Below, piece by piece: positions 1 through 9,755 of a DNA stretch of 64,000 nucleotides. Numbering within the stretch: position 1 is the first letter of the stretch; each line of letters starts with the position of its first letter. The position numbers and the translations under genes are program-made. This DNA comes from an uncultured delta proteobacterium (GTDB taxonomy: Bacteria > Desulfobacterota > WTBG01), in assembly GCA_963751515.1 (NCBI GenBank), contig CAVVUR010000008.1, positions 140,281 to 204,280 of the forward strand, given 5' to 3'. Under the pieces are notes generated by a model. That model did no database searches, had not been told where the DNA came from, and saw only the letters and a list, made by a program, of their open reading frames with translations.

Positions 1-69
1 GTAGCATGGAAAACAGTTTGTGGTGAGGAACTGTGTAGTCGATCACTTAACAGTAACAGACAAGTTGAA

Positions 70-792
70 ATGAAAAGTTATGAAAAAATCATGCAAACTG
101 ATATTTGTTGCTTTAGCCACTATTTATCTGTCAATGGGGTGTACCTCAACCAAAGTACCGACCGCCAGATGCTGGTACATGAAAAACTCCCCCGTCCCGA
201 TCACATCCTGGTGTACGACTTCATAGCCACTCCTGCCGATATTCCAGCTGACTCCTCCCTCGCCGACCGGCATGAAGAAAACCCTACGCCCCAAACCGCC
301 GATCAGATCGAGGCTGGGCGAAAGGCAGGTGCTGAAATTGCGGGTCAACTGGTCGAGCACATCCGCGGCATGGAACTGCCAGGAGAGCGGGCCTCGGCTC
401 AAACGAAGCCGCACATCAATGACATTGTTATCCGTGGCTATCTCCTCTCCCTAAAGGAGGGCAGCACCGACAAACGATTCGTAGTCGGATTTGGTTCCGG
501 GGCCTCTGACTTGCAGGCAGCGGTCGAAGGCTATCAGATGACGGACCGGGGCCTGAGCAAACTGGGTTCCGGCAAGGTGGATGCAGACGAAGGTAAAACC
601 CCGGGTGTGGCTGCGCCACTAGCCGCTGCCATTGCAAGTGGCAACCCGCTGGGTCTCATCGTCAGCGGCGGGATGAAATTGTATGGGGAAAAAAGCGGCA
701 GCAGTAAAATTGAGGGCCGAGTCAAACAGACTGCCAAGGAAATAGCCGACCCACTTAAGCTTAGGTTTCAGCAACAGGGCTGGATAAAGTGA
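70..792 (+). CDS. hypothetical protein (240 aa), no recognisable motif
   Basis: Complete ORF in track; followed by hairpin terminator; no domain signature recognised by eye. Confidence 0.4.
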   Translation: MKSYEKIMQTDICCFSHYLSVNGVYLNQSTDRQMLVHEKLPRPDHILVYDFIATPADIPADSSLADRHEENPTPQTADQIEAGRKAGAEIAGQLVEHIRGMELPGERASAQTKPHINDIVIRGYLLSLKEGSTDKRFVVGFGSGASDLQAAVEGYQMTDRGLSKLGSGKVDADEGKTPGVAAPLAAAIASGNPLGLIVSGGMKLYGEKSGSSKIEGRVKQTAKEIADPLKLRFQQQGWIK

Positions 793-927
793 GGCATGTT
801 ACTACCACAAATGTGAGATCCTGCATATGTAACTTAGCCTCTCAAACATGCGTAGATTGAGGGAGGTATTTTATTAACAGCTACCATAAACCTCACGTGG
901 GATTAAAGATATTTTCGCAAACTGCAA

Positions 928-980
928 AAGAAAGACGATAGCCACACAGAAGAACATTGTAATGGCTATCGTCTTTTCCA
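928..980. terminator. bidirectional rho-independent terminator hairpin between convergent genes
   Basis: 13-bp stem AAAGACGATAGCC / GGCTATCGTCTTT with T-runs on both strands (TTTTCCATT on +, TTTCTTTTGCAGTTT on -). Confidence 0.5.
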
Positions 981-1170
981 TTAAATTCCACAGCAGGTTT
1001 TCGACTGCTTTTTCACATCGCTAGGTCATTCTTTCCCCGCCTGCGGCGGCCGTTTCAAAGCGATCTCCGTCTCTACATAATTCCTGGCACAGAGCCCCCT
1101 CAGGTGTGTTATCGTGTGCCGTTCAGGAACCTGTCCACCCCCCCGGGTCACGTGGAGTCCCCAAAACGGT

Positions 1171-2631
1171 TTAGGCCACCTGTTTGCCGCTGGCCTTCTG
1201 CGCATATTCTTCCATACCTGCCATGTAGCTTTGAAAAATGGCCTTGCTGAACGGATGCAATACCGGGCTTGCAAGGACCCGCTCCACGCGGTTTTTCTTG
1301 CCGTAGAATTCCTGATTCGCCCAGACAGCCAACGCTCCGAGCTGCTCCCTGGTCAGATGCTTGGTGCGAACCACCGGCTGGTGAAAATCCCATTTTTTCA
1401 GGTCATGTACCTCGATGTAGTGCTTCAATTCCTCATACATGGGCATTCCGGGTACCGGCAGCAGCATCTGAAGTGACGAAACATCAGGGTCGATCTCATC
1501 CAATACCTGCAAACGGTGCTTTATTGTCCGTTCATCATCATCGGGGAAACCAATCATCCAGGTAATTACCGATGCAATTCCGAATTTCCTGAACTGCGCC
1601 GCAACCTCCCGCACCTCATCAACCGTTATGCCCTTGTTCATTCTTTTCAACTCGTCCTCATCCGCAACTTCCAGGCCGAACACGCCGGAAATAAAGCCGG
1701 TTGCATGCAGGTCCTCGAGCAGGTCCCTGTCCCGCACAAATGAATGGGCATTGCCCAGGAAGCAGTATTTGATGCCCAGCTTGCGCTTCTGCATTTCCTT
1801 GAGGAATTCTTCAACCCGGCTTCTCCTGGGATTAAAGTTGAGATCATAGATATGGACGCACTGTACCCCGTACTTTTTTTCCAGGAGCTCCAGTTCGTCC
1901 ACCACCCGCTCGGCTGACTTGATCCGGTACCGCTGCCAGTCCCTGTTTCCCCTCGGATCCATGGTAACCCAGTCGATGCAGAAACCGCATCCGAATGGAC
2001 ATCCCCGGGAGGTAAAGATCTCCTGATAGTGTTTGAGCGTGCTCCATCCCTGGTATTTATCCATGGGGAAGAGATCATATGCCGGCATGGGAAGGTCATC
2101 CAGATTCTTCATCAGGGGACGGTATTCATTCAGCTGCATCGTTCCATTCGGGCGGTAGAGCAATCCCTTAACCGAGGCTAGATCTGGTTTTGGTTTACTG
2201 AGCTCCTGGCACAGCTCGGTAAAGGTCATCTCCGGCTCTCCGGCGATCAGAAAATCAAACTCGGGTGTCTCTTCGGCAACACTTTGATAGTTTGCCGCGA
2301 TATAAAACCCTCCCACGCAAATGGGCGTGTGGGGACGCGCCTTTTTGATAAACTTCGCCGCGTTTTGATAGTGCGGCACGATGGCGATGGTCTCGGTCAT
2401 CTGGTAGGCATCGCCCATGTAGATCAAATCCGGGTTTATTTCCTCGATGGCCTTGAGCATTTGCTGAATATCCAGGCTTAAGGCGCGGCAATCAAGCACC
2501 CGCACATCCGCGTCCGGCACCCATTCCCGGACGCAGGCGGTCATCTGGGCGTGGCTCACATTAATTGGCTTATGATTGCCCCAGTACACCCATGATCCCA
2601 GTGGGGGCTGTAAAAAAAGTACTCTCATCAT
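1171..2631 (-). CDS. B12-binding-domain radical SAM protein
   Basis: CxxxCxxC radical SAM cluster motif in 'TSRGCPFGCGFCIDW'; N-terminal Rossmann-like region typical of cobalamin-binding radical SAM enzymes; 486 aa. Confidence 0.8.
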   Translation of the reverse strand: MMRVLFLQPPLGSWVYWGNHKPINVSHAQMTACVREWVPDADVRVLDCRALSLDIQQMLKAIEEINPDLIYMGDAYQMTETIAIVPHYQNAAKFIKKARPHTPICVGGFYIAANYQSVAEETPEFDFLIAGEPEMTFTELCQELSKPKPDLASVKGLLYRPNGTMQLNEYRPLMKNLDDLPMPAYDLFPMDKYQGWSTLKHYQEIFTSRGCPFGCGFCIDWVTMDPRGNRDWQRYRIKSAERVVDELELLEKKYGVQCVHIYDLNFNPRRSRVEEFLKEMQKRKLGIKYCFLGNAHSFVRDRDLLEDLHATGFISGVFGLEVADEDELKRMNKGITVDEVREVAAQFRKFGIASVITWMIGFPDDDERTIKHRLQVLDEIDPDVSSLQMLLPVPGMPMYEELKHYIEVHDLKKWDFHQPVVRTKHLTREQLGALAVWANQEFYGKKNRVERVLASPVLHPFSKAIFQSYMAGMEEYAQKASGKQVA

Positions 2632-2803
2632 CTCTTCTCCTTGTTGTCAGTGGTTCTTATAAAAGCTGTGATCTGCGATGTGTGCACCGGAGTATGCGAT
2701 GTGAGATGAAAACGGGCCATTATTGCTGTTGGATTCCCCTCCAAAATCACATTCCGCGTTGGGCATTCTGACGTTAGATGTCATCCCCTATTGCAGGTCG
2801 CAA

Positions 2804-2859
2804 ATCGCATATCACAGATCTCATATCCCACATCTCATATCGCAGATCCCACATTACAT
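2804..2859. repeat. four degenerate tandem 14-bp repeats (ATCNCATATCNCAN) in divergent intergenic region
   Basis: ATCGCATATCACAG / ATCTCATATCCCAC / ATCTCATATCGCAG / ATCCCACATTACAT read directly. Confidence 0.5.
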
Positions 2860-2969
2860 ATCCCCCTCTTCCACGGCATCATCTCTGCGTCGCCAGGAAA
2901 TCGTTTAAAATAGGGTCCTTATAGTATGAAATGGTTTATATGTCAACAATTTAACTATAAACTATTGCC

Positions 2970-2998
2970 TTGACACACCCAGGCAGTATTCCTATAAT
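2970..2998 (+). promoter_or_regulatory. consensus sigma70-type promoter TTGACA-17 bp-TATAAT upstream of O-methyltransferase gene
   Basis: TTGACA (2970-2975), 17-nt spacer, TATAAT (2993-2998); ~95-nt leader then AAAGGGA RBS before ATG 3099. Confidence 0.6.
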
Positions 2999-3098
2999 CG
3001 CCCCTTCTCTATGCAAACCGCACCATGGTGCTTTTAAGACCCTGTTTTCCAGTATACAACACTCCGCAGGGTAACAACTCAGCACGAAAGGGACACCA

Positions 3099-4319
3099 AT
3101 GAAGAAGGTTGGTCGTAAATCTGTTCATGTACCGCAGCCCGAGTGCGGCTGTTCAGATTATGCCCCGCCGGCAATACATCATAATAATCCGGCATGTGCA
3201 AACAGCGTGTCGAAGACTGTAATCCTTGAACCTGATGTTGCCGGGGCATGCCCGGATGACAGATCTGTTAATGATGCGCTGCGCGGTCTGCTACAGCAAT
3301 TCGGATACGGATTACAGCATGTTCCGCCTCCTATCATGCTGCATTACCTCATGAGAGGCTACTGGATATCCCAGGCGATTTATGTGGCGGCGCAGCTTCG
3401 CATTGCCGACCACCTTTCCCATGGACCGAAAAGCGCTGATGAGCTGGCACAGGACGCGGACGTTCACCCGGGAGCCCTTTACCGTCTTTTGCGTACCCTG
3501 GCGAGCGTCGGCATCTTTACCGAGGTCGAGCCCCTGCGCTTCGGGCTCACACCAATGGCAGAGCTCTTGCGGACAGGCAATGCCGGATCGGTGAACGCAC
3601 TGGCCCTGTGGAACATGGTGGACTGGAACGCCTGGGGACAGGTCCTGCACAGCATCAAGACAGGAAAGACCGCGTTTCAGCACGTGCATGGGGAGGAACC
3701 CTTCACCTACTTTGAGCACAATCCCGAGATTGGCGCCGTATTCAACAAAGCCATGACCGGGTATGCAACGTTGAGCAGTATGGCAGCAGTGGAGGCTTAC
3801 GACTTCACCCGGTTTACTGCGGTTGTAGATATCGGCGGGGGACACGGGGCGCTGATGGCTGCGATCCTGCGCTGCAGCCCGGCTACCCGCGGCATCCTCT
3901 TTGATATGCCGAACGTCATCGCAGCGTCACGCAAGATTTTGGAAGACGCCGGGCTTTCGCACCGCTGTGATTGCATTGCCGGGGATTTTTTCACGTCGGT
4001 TCCGCCCGGCGGCGACGCATACATCCTCTCATCGATCATTCATGACTGGGACGCTGAACGCAGCCTGGTTATCCTCAGGAACTGCCGCCGCGCCATGGAG
4101 GTGAACGCGACGCTCCTGCTGGTGGAGGCGGTCATTCCTCCCGGCAACGCACCCTCGTTCAGCAAGTGGCTCGACCTGGAAATGCTGGTCTGTTTCGGGG
4201 GATGGGAACGAACCGAAGCGGAATATCGGGAGCTTCTGGAACAGGCAGGATTCAGACTGACCCGCATCGTGCCGACCCGCACTGCCTCGAACATCATCGA
4301 GGCCGTACCTGTCCCATAA
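3099..4319 (+). CDS. class I SAM-dependent O-methyltransferase (COMT/ASMT-like) with Cys-rich N-terminal extension
   Basis: SAM motif I 'VVDIGGGHGALM', dimerisation-domain-like region 'MLHYLMRGYWISQAIYVAAQLRIADHL'; extra ~75 aa N-terminus with 4 Cys. Confidence 0.8.
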   Translation: MKKVGRKSVHVPQPECGCSDYAPPAIHHNNPACANSVSKTVILEPDVAGACPDDRSVNDALRGLLQQFGYGLQHVPPPIMLHYLMRGYWISQAIYVAAQLRIADHLSHGPKSADELAQDADVHPGALYRLLRTLASVGIFTEVEPLRFGLTPMAELLRTGNAGSVNALALWNMVDWNAWGQVLHSIKTGKTAFQHVHGEEPFTYFEHNPEIGAVFNKAMTGYATLSSMAAVEAYDFTRFTAVVDIGGGHGALMAAILRCSPATRGILFDMPNVIAASRKILEDAGLSHRCDCIAGDFFTSVPPGGDAYILSSIIHDWDAERSLVILRNCRRAMEVNATLLLVEAVIPPGNAPSFSKWLDLEMLVCFGGWERTEAEYRELLEQAGFRLTRIVPTRTASNIIEAVPVP

Positions 4320-4479
4320 ATAAATTAGCAGGTTTTTGAAAAAGTAGCTTTTACCAGGCTGTTCAAAAACATCCAGATGCAAGGCACGCGAAATCCTGAG
4401 GAATGAGGCGTACATGCAAGTACGTTGCAATGACGAGGGATGAGCGTAACGCAGCAGATGGGTATTTTTCAACAGCCTG

Positions 4480-5295
4480 TTAGGGAACGGGGGGTGCTTT
4501 TGCTTCCTGAGGCTGAGGAACTTGAAATGACTCGGCAAGGGTGAAATCCAGCCTGGTTTGAGCGGGTATCCTGATCTCCGGACCTTTGGTCAGTGCCTGA
4601 TATGCCAGGGTTCCACCTGCTCCAACGCTCGCTCCGATCGCCGCCCCCTTTCCTCCTCCGATAATGCCCCCAAGGATTGCGCCCGCCCCACCTACAATCG
4701 CGCTTCTTTTTGCAGTCTGCTTACCGCGGGATGCCCCCTTCTGTCTCACCGTGCTGCTGTCCAAAGGAATTGAATCACCCTGCGTCACCAGATGGTCCAA
4801 GATAACTTCCAGTTCGCTCGACCCCTTGATGCTCCCTGCCGACTTGGCATGAACCAGTTTTACATATACGTCTGTCCCACCAGGTATAATGACCTGATCA
4901 CCCGACGTAATAGGCAGATGCAGCGAGGAGCGAAACAGGGAGCCGACCTGGCTTGACTTGGAATTGATTGAGTCGATCATGGTGACCTGCACCTCGGTCC
5001 CCGCTGGGATGGTGATCATGACCTTCATCAGGTCATTGACCTTCCTGATCCCCTCAGTCACGCGCGCGGTTTCAAGTGCCTTCTGGCGAATGGCTTCACT
5101 TGATACCTCACCTGACAAGGTCGCCTCCCCCTTGGCCACCGCAATCTGAATCGAAGCGGCCTTCAATTGCGGTTCGGCATAAAACTTCGACTCAATCGAC
5201 TTGGTCAGCGTCTCGTCACTGGGCCCCAGGGAACAGGCGGAGACAACTAAAGTTGCAATAACCAGGACCAAACGGCATGCTGAAAAATGTTTCAT
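4480..5295 (-). CDS. BON-domain lipoprotein with C-terminal glycine-zipper segment
   Basis: Lipobox 'VVSACS'; BON-like 'KAASIQIAVAKGEATLSGEVSSEAIRQKALETA'; 'GGAGAILGGIIGGGKGAAIGASVGAGG' glycine zipper. Confidence 0.55.
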   Translation of the reverse strand: MKHFSACRLVLVIATLVVSACSLGPSDETLTKSIESKFYAEPQLKAASIQIAVAKGEATLSGEVSSEAIRQKALETARVTEGIRKVNDLMKVMITIPAGTEVQVTMIDSINSKSSQVGSLFRSSLHLPITSGDQVIIPGGTDVYVKLVHAKSAGSIKGSSELEVILDHLVTQGDSIPLDSSTVRQKGASRGKQTAKRSAIVGGAGAILGGIIGGGKGAAIGASVGAGGTLAYQALTKGPEIRIPAQTRLDFTLAESFQVPQPQEAKAPPVP

Positions 5296-5335
5296 TCTCG
5301 TATCCTTCCTTTTTTGTAATCAGATTCCGAAGACT

Positions 5336-6877
5336 CTAGTTCTTTACCGGTATGACCTGTTCACGTGCCTTGCCTGCCGCCTCCTGTACCTCAAGCTGCA
5401 ACTTGTACGCCGCGTAGTACTTGTAAATGTTCCGCACATACGTCGTGGTCTCCATGCCTATTTTCTCCGCGGTTATGACTTCCACGTTGTTGAACCATTT
5501 GTCCGGGTCGAGACCCCTCTTCTCGGCCTCTTTCCTCATTTTTGACATATTTCCCGGGCCGCAATTGTAGCTTGCAAAAGCGAACAGGGTACGATTGTTC
5601 TCGGTAAAGTTCGCATCGGAGAAGTACCGTGTCATGAGCTGATCCATGTACTTTGTGCCGGCATGAATATTGGGCTCGATGATCCTGATGTCGCCCACCT
5701 TCAATTCCTGACCGGTGGCCGGCATAAGCTGCATGATCCCGACGGCACCCACGGGGCTCTTCGCATCCTGGTTGAGTCTGGACTCCTGGTAGCCTTGCGC
5801 GGCAAGCATGAGCGGGTCAAAGTTGTATTTCTCCCCGTACCTTTGAAAGAGAAGGAGGGTCTGCTCGAAGCGCTGCCACTCCCCGGTGCCGGTGGGGTTC
5901 TTGATCTGCTTGATACGCGACATATATTTCTTCATGCGGTACGCATCAAGACCCTGCTTCTTGATGTGATTTTTGTAATAATCGAGCATCTCCGCCTCCA
6001 GTTTCGGACTTCCTTTCCGGATAGCGGTACCAACCCGTCCGCCCTCACGCACGGCAGCCTGTTCGTTAACCTTTATCTTGGGCAGAATCTGCGCCCACAT
6101 TTTTGCCTTCCAGTCATCCACCACAATGAGCGATAAAAGGCCGGCATTAAGCATCTCCATCATGTCTTCGTCCTCCAGCGCGTCCGGTACCAGCACCAGC
6201 TTCACGGGTGACTTCCCTTCTTTCTCAAACCGCTCGTTGAGTGCTTCCAGGCTTTGAAAATAGCTCGATGCCTGGCGAACGTGGACCGTCGTGCCGGAAA
6301 GATCATCAACTGATGCAATAGACGGGGACTGAGGTCCCGTGACGACCAGCTCCTTCATGATGCGCACACCTTCCGGGGAAACAAAATCGGCGACTTTCAG
6401 CCTTTCCTCGGTGACCGTGAGGTTTCCAATGGCAGCGTCTCCCAACCCGCTGACAAGCTCGGGGAGCAGCTTATCCCGGGTGGTGGGTATGATATAGACG
6501 GTGACCGGGCGTTTGCCGAGCGTCTTCGCATATTTCTTGTTAATCCAGCGCTCGAAGTCGCGCACCGTTTCAGCGGTTATTCCGCGTTCATGTCCTTTGT
6601 CATTAAAGTAAAGGGATCGACTATAGGGAGCCAACACCCGGATAATGCGACGCTCGAGCATCCGATCAAAATCACCCGTCCAAGGTTTGTTGGAAAGAGC
6701 CAGCTTACGCATGTCTTCCGTAGCATCCGGCTCGGATTGGGAAGCATCAGGCCCTTGTCCGGGAGCAGATGCCGAGAGAAGCGGCGAGGTGACACACCAG
6801 AACATGAGACTGGCGACAATGAGCATTTTCTTCATACAGCATTCTCCTTCTGTAATCTTGCCGGATCTCATTACCAT
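5336..6877 (-). CDS. mltF: membrane-bound lytic murein transglycosylase F-like (periplasmic solute-binding domain + SLT domain)
   Basis: SLT catalytic motif 'YQESRLNQDAKSPVGAVGIMQLMPATG'; N-terminal family-3 solute-binding-like domain; signal peptide. Confidence 0.8.
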   Translation of the reverse strand: MVMRSGKITEGECCMKKMLIVASLMFWCVTSPLLSASAPGQGPDASQSEPDATEDMRKLALSNKPWTGDFDRMLERRIIRVLAPYSRSLYFNDKGHERGITAETVRDFERWINKKYAKTLGKRPVTVYIIPTTRDKLLPELVSGLGDAAIGNLTVTEERLKVADFVSPEGVRIMKELVVTGPQSPSIASVDDLSGTTVHVRQASSYFQSLEALNERFEKEGKSPVKLVLVPDALEDEDMMEMLNAGLLSLIVVDDWKAKMWAQILPKIKVNEQAAVREGGRVGTAIRKGSPKLEAEMLDYYKNHIKKQGLDAYRMKKYMSRIKQIKNPTGTGEWQRFEQTLLLFQRYGEKYNFDPLMLAAQGYQESRLNQDAKSPVGAVGIMQLMPATGQELKVGDIRIIEPNIHAGTKYMDQLMTRYFSDANFTENNRTLFAFASYNCGPGNMSKMRKEAEKRGLDPDKWFNNVEVITAEKIGMETTTYVRNIYKYYAAYKLQLEVQEAAGKAREQVIPVKN

Positions 6878-6965
6878 GCAGCCTCACCTGCAGTAAACCC
6901 CTGTCACTTCCGTCCTGTTCACCCTCAGAAATATTCTCATTTCATCAAATTGCCGTATGTGTTTT

Positions 6966-7451
6966 TCAGAAGTCATCATCCTGGAGGTCAATAAATACGA
7001 GACCTGTTACAAAATCGACAATTTCAAACAGCCCGATGCCAAAGTTAGGACCGATAAGCAAGGGCTGCAGTTCAAGACCGATTTCGAGAGGATCGTAGTA
7101 GCATCCGGTTGCCGACGGATCGATAGGACCGACCTGTACACCTGAACGGCTTTCAACTCCAACAATCCAGGGAAAGGTGGCTTTTCCGCGTGGCCCGTGC
7201 AGTCCCGCCCAAACTGTAGCATGGGTACCCAAAAAGAGACTTGCCGCCTTTGTCGCATGCACACCGGCCGAAATACCCGGCCCCACCCGCAGTCGCAAGC
7301 GGATAATATCAAGAACATCGAACACACGATTAGGAATATACAGTACGATACTTTTAATCGGCCCTGCTTCGGCCTTCATGGGCAGAGCCGTCTGCATGAT
7401 TAAAATCAGACTTAAGCATAAAACGAACGTGGCAAGAAATGTTTTCCTCAT
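6966..7451 (-). CDS. secreted hypothetical protein
   Basis: N-terminal signal peptide 'MRKTFLATFVLCLSLILIMQTALPMKAEA'; no recognisable domain. Confidence 0.35.
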   Translation of the reverse strand: MRKTFLATFVLCLSLILIMQTALPMKAEAGPIKSIVLYIPNRVFDVLDIIRLRLRVGPGISAGVHATKAASLFLGTHATVWAGLHGPRGKATFPWIVGVESRSGVQVGPIDPSATGCYYDPLEIGLELQPLLIGPNFGIGLFEIVDFVTGLVFIDLQDDDF

Positions 7452-7574
7452 GCAATCCTCCTTTAGAAAAAGTTATTCAGCCTTGCTCACCAGGAGCACT
7501 TCTCTCAAAATTCTGTGGGCCAGCACAGATTTGATTCACTTTGTGAAGTCCTGCCGCAGATCAGGCACGGGTTG

Positions 7575-8852
7575 TCATCCCTCAGTCCTTTTATCCACCA
7601 CCCGGACTGCCTTGCCGGGCACGCGGGGAATGGTTCCCTCGGGGAGAAAGTCAAGCCGGTCAACGTGAAAACCCAGCAGGTCGTAGATTTCGGTGGAGAT
7701 TTCCTCCGAGAGATCCGCGCTTACCGGTCCACTGGTTTCGGCCATCACCGTAATGGTGTCCCGCCCCCTAATCTTTTCAAGCACGATCTGATAATGATTG
7801 CCGACTTCATCCCGTTGCATCAGGATGCTTTCAAGCTGCAGGGGGTAGAAGTTAACCCCTTTAATCTTGAGCATGTCATCATTTCGTCCCTTGAGCCGGC
7901 TTACGCGAAGCGATGTCCTGCCGCAGGCACAGGGTTCCCTGCTGATGATGGAGGTAATGTCCCGGGTGCGGTAACGGATCAGGGGAAGCCCTTCCCGGTT
8001 CAGCGTGGTCACCACCATTTCCCCTTCCCTGCCGTCCGGGATAACTTCTCCCGTCCCGGGGTTGATGATTTCGACTAGGTAATCGTCCTCCCATACATGA
8101 ATGCCGCTGTGGGCCGTGCAGTCGATGCCAAGCCCCACGCCTCCGGTTTCGGTCATCCCGATTATGTCAAAGGTTTCAATCCCCATCTTTTCTTCGATTC
8201 TCAAGCGCATCTCATCGCTCCACACCTCGGCACCGAAGATGCCCGCGCGCAGCGGCAATGCATGAAAATCAAATTGTTCCTTCTCGGCAACCTCTATCAG
8301 CCGCAACGGGTAAGAAGAGATAGCAGTCAGACAATTGACCTCGAAATCCCGCAGGAAACGGAGCTGCAACAACGTTCTTCCGGCGCCGAAGGGCACGATC
8401 ATCGCTCCCAGCCTTTCGGCGCCGTAATGGAAGCCGAAACCGCCGTTAAACAGGCCGAAGGAAGGGGTGATCTGCACCACGTCCCGCGAGGTGACGCCCG
8501 CCGCCACGTAGCACCGGGCCATGACATTCGCCCACTGTTCGATGTCCCTGCGGGTAAAGGGGTTGATGATGGGAGTGCCCGTGGTGCCTGAGCTCATGTG
8601 GATGCGCATCAGGTCTGCATGGTCCGCGCACGCATACTTGAGCGGATACCCGTCGCGCAGATCATCCTTGGTCATGAAGGGGAATGTCTCAATGTCGTCA
8701 ACCGTGGAAATATCCCCGGCGCGTAAGCCGCCAAAACGCTTCGCGTAGAACGGGTTGCGGGTATAAATCAGGCTGAGGGTTGCCTTGAGCCGCTCCCTTT
8801 GCAGCGCCTCCAAATCCGATCGCTTCATCGTCTCAAATTCGGGCTGAAACAT
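7575..8852 (-). CDS. paaK: phenylacetate-CoA ligase
   Basis: PaaK/F390-synthetase family N-terminus 'MFQPEFETMKRSDLEALQRERLKATL', AMP-binding core; RBS GAGAGGA before ATG at 8852. Confidence 0.85.
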   Translation of the reverse strand: MFQPEFETMKRSDLEALQRERLKATLSLIYTRNPFYAKRFGGLRAGDISTVDDIETFPFMTKDDLRDGYPLKYACADHADLMRIHMSSGTTGTPIINPFTRRDIEQWANVMARCYVAAGVTSRDVVQITPSFGLFNGGFGFHYGAERLGAMIVPFGAGRTLLQLRFLRDFEVNCLTAISSYPLRLIEVAEKEQFDFHALPLRAGIFGAEVWSDEMRLRIEEKMGIETFDIIGMTETGGVGLGIDCTAHSGIHVWEDDYLVEIINPGTGEVIPDGREGEMVVTTLNREGLPLIRYRTRDITSIISREPCACGRTSLRVSRLKGRNDDMLKIKGVNFYPLQLESILMQRDEVGNHYQIVLEKIRGRDTITVMAETSGPVSADLSEEISTEIYDLLGFHVDRLDFLPEGTIPRVPGKAVRVVDKRTEG

Positions 8853-8949
8853 GGAGGATCCTCTCACACTGGTGAGATGGGTTCGATGAACAGTGGATAC
8901 AACTCCGACACACTCTACTGAGCCGCCAAGGGCCCCGGGCTGATTGCAG

Positions 8950-9152
8950 TGGCATGGGGTTTTTTAAGCCACAACAAAAATGCTCAAGCCTTTAGAACGG
9001 CAGGTGCCTTGCGAATTTTATCATACCAGACCCCAGAGACTTGGGCTTTGTCGAAGTCTCTGTAAGCTGCCTGTTGAGGCACAACACGAAGGAGGGGGGC
9101 GTAACGTAAGTCGCAGACTATATTGTTGTGGCTTAAAAAAATCCCGTGCCAC
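8950..9152. mobile_element. MITE-like element, diverged copy, inserted between iorB and paaK
   Basis: Inverted ends GTGGCATGGGGTTTTTTAAGCCACAACAA ... TTGTTGTGGCTTAAAAAAATCCCGTGCCAC; internal AGAACGGC block shared with copies at 21.4 and 37.2 kb. Confidence 0.5.
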
Positions 9153-9221
9153 TGCCTAAGAATAATTATAAGATTCTTTGCGGAGCATGGCCCTCCATTA
9201 CTTAACTATTCGCTGCGATAT

Positions 9222-9752
9222 CTATGGCTGGGACTTTGCCCGCTTGTATCCTGCAGTCAACGCCCTCAGATTGCTATCCAGGACCCGGGGAGAGCTGATC
9301 CGCTTGAGCACTTTCTTCACTGCCGCGAAGACGAAGGGAAACTCCTTGTGCGCGCAGGCAAAGCCGAGCAGCACCAGGTTGCTGACGACCAGCGCGCCCA
9401 GCTCATGTGCTATCGCGGTCGCATCTATTGAACCCGCCCGAATCGCGGCGGAGTTCACGTACATCTGCCCCCCGGTCTTTTTCAAGAGGTGCATGTTCCT
9501 TTCCACTTCAGAGTCGGAGAGCGCCAGGATAATGTCGCCCTGCCCCGACCTGATGAGGGGCGAGGCAAAGGAACCGATCCTGATGTGGGAGACAACCGAT
9601 CCACCCCGCATGGCCATACCGTGGGTTTCTGAAGATATAACATTCTTCCCATCGGCGACTGCCGCTTCATCCAGGACCCTGGTAAGGAACAGGACGCCCT
9701 GCCCTCCCCGCCCGCAGATAACAACCTGTATGCCGTTTCTATTGCTCGCCAT
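9222..9752 (-). CDS. iorB: indolepyruvate ferredoxin oxidoreductase beta subunit
   Basis: 'IQVVICGRGGQGVLFLTRVL' IorB/2-oxoacid:ferredoxin oxidoreductase gamma-type fold; immediately downstream of iorA. Confidence 0.85.
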   Translation of the reverse strand: MASNRNGIQVVICGRGGQGVLFLTRVLDEAAVADGKNVISSETHGMAMRGGSVVSHIRIGSFASPLIRSGQGDIILALSDSEVERNMHLLKKTGGQMYVNSAAIRAGSIDATAIAHELGALVVSNLVLLGFACAHKEFPFVFAAVKKVLKRISSPRVLDSNLRALTAGYKRAKSQP

Positions 9753-9755
9753 GCT

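Noticed and set aside
8868-8900. tRNA-like GGTTCGAT (T-loop-like) motif near the paaK start
   Set aside because: No acceptor- or anticodon-stem pairing around it. It lies within the paaK 5' coding/RBS region.
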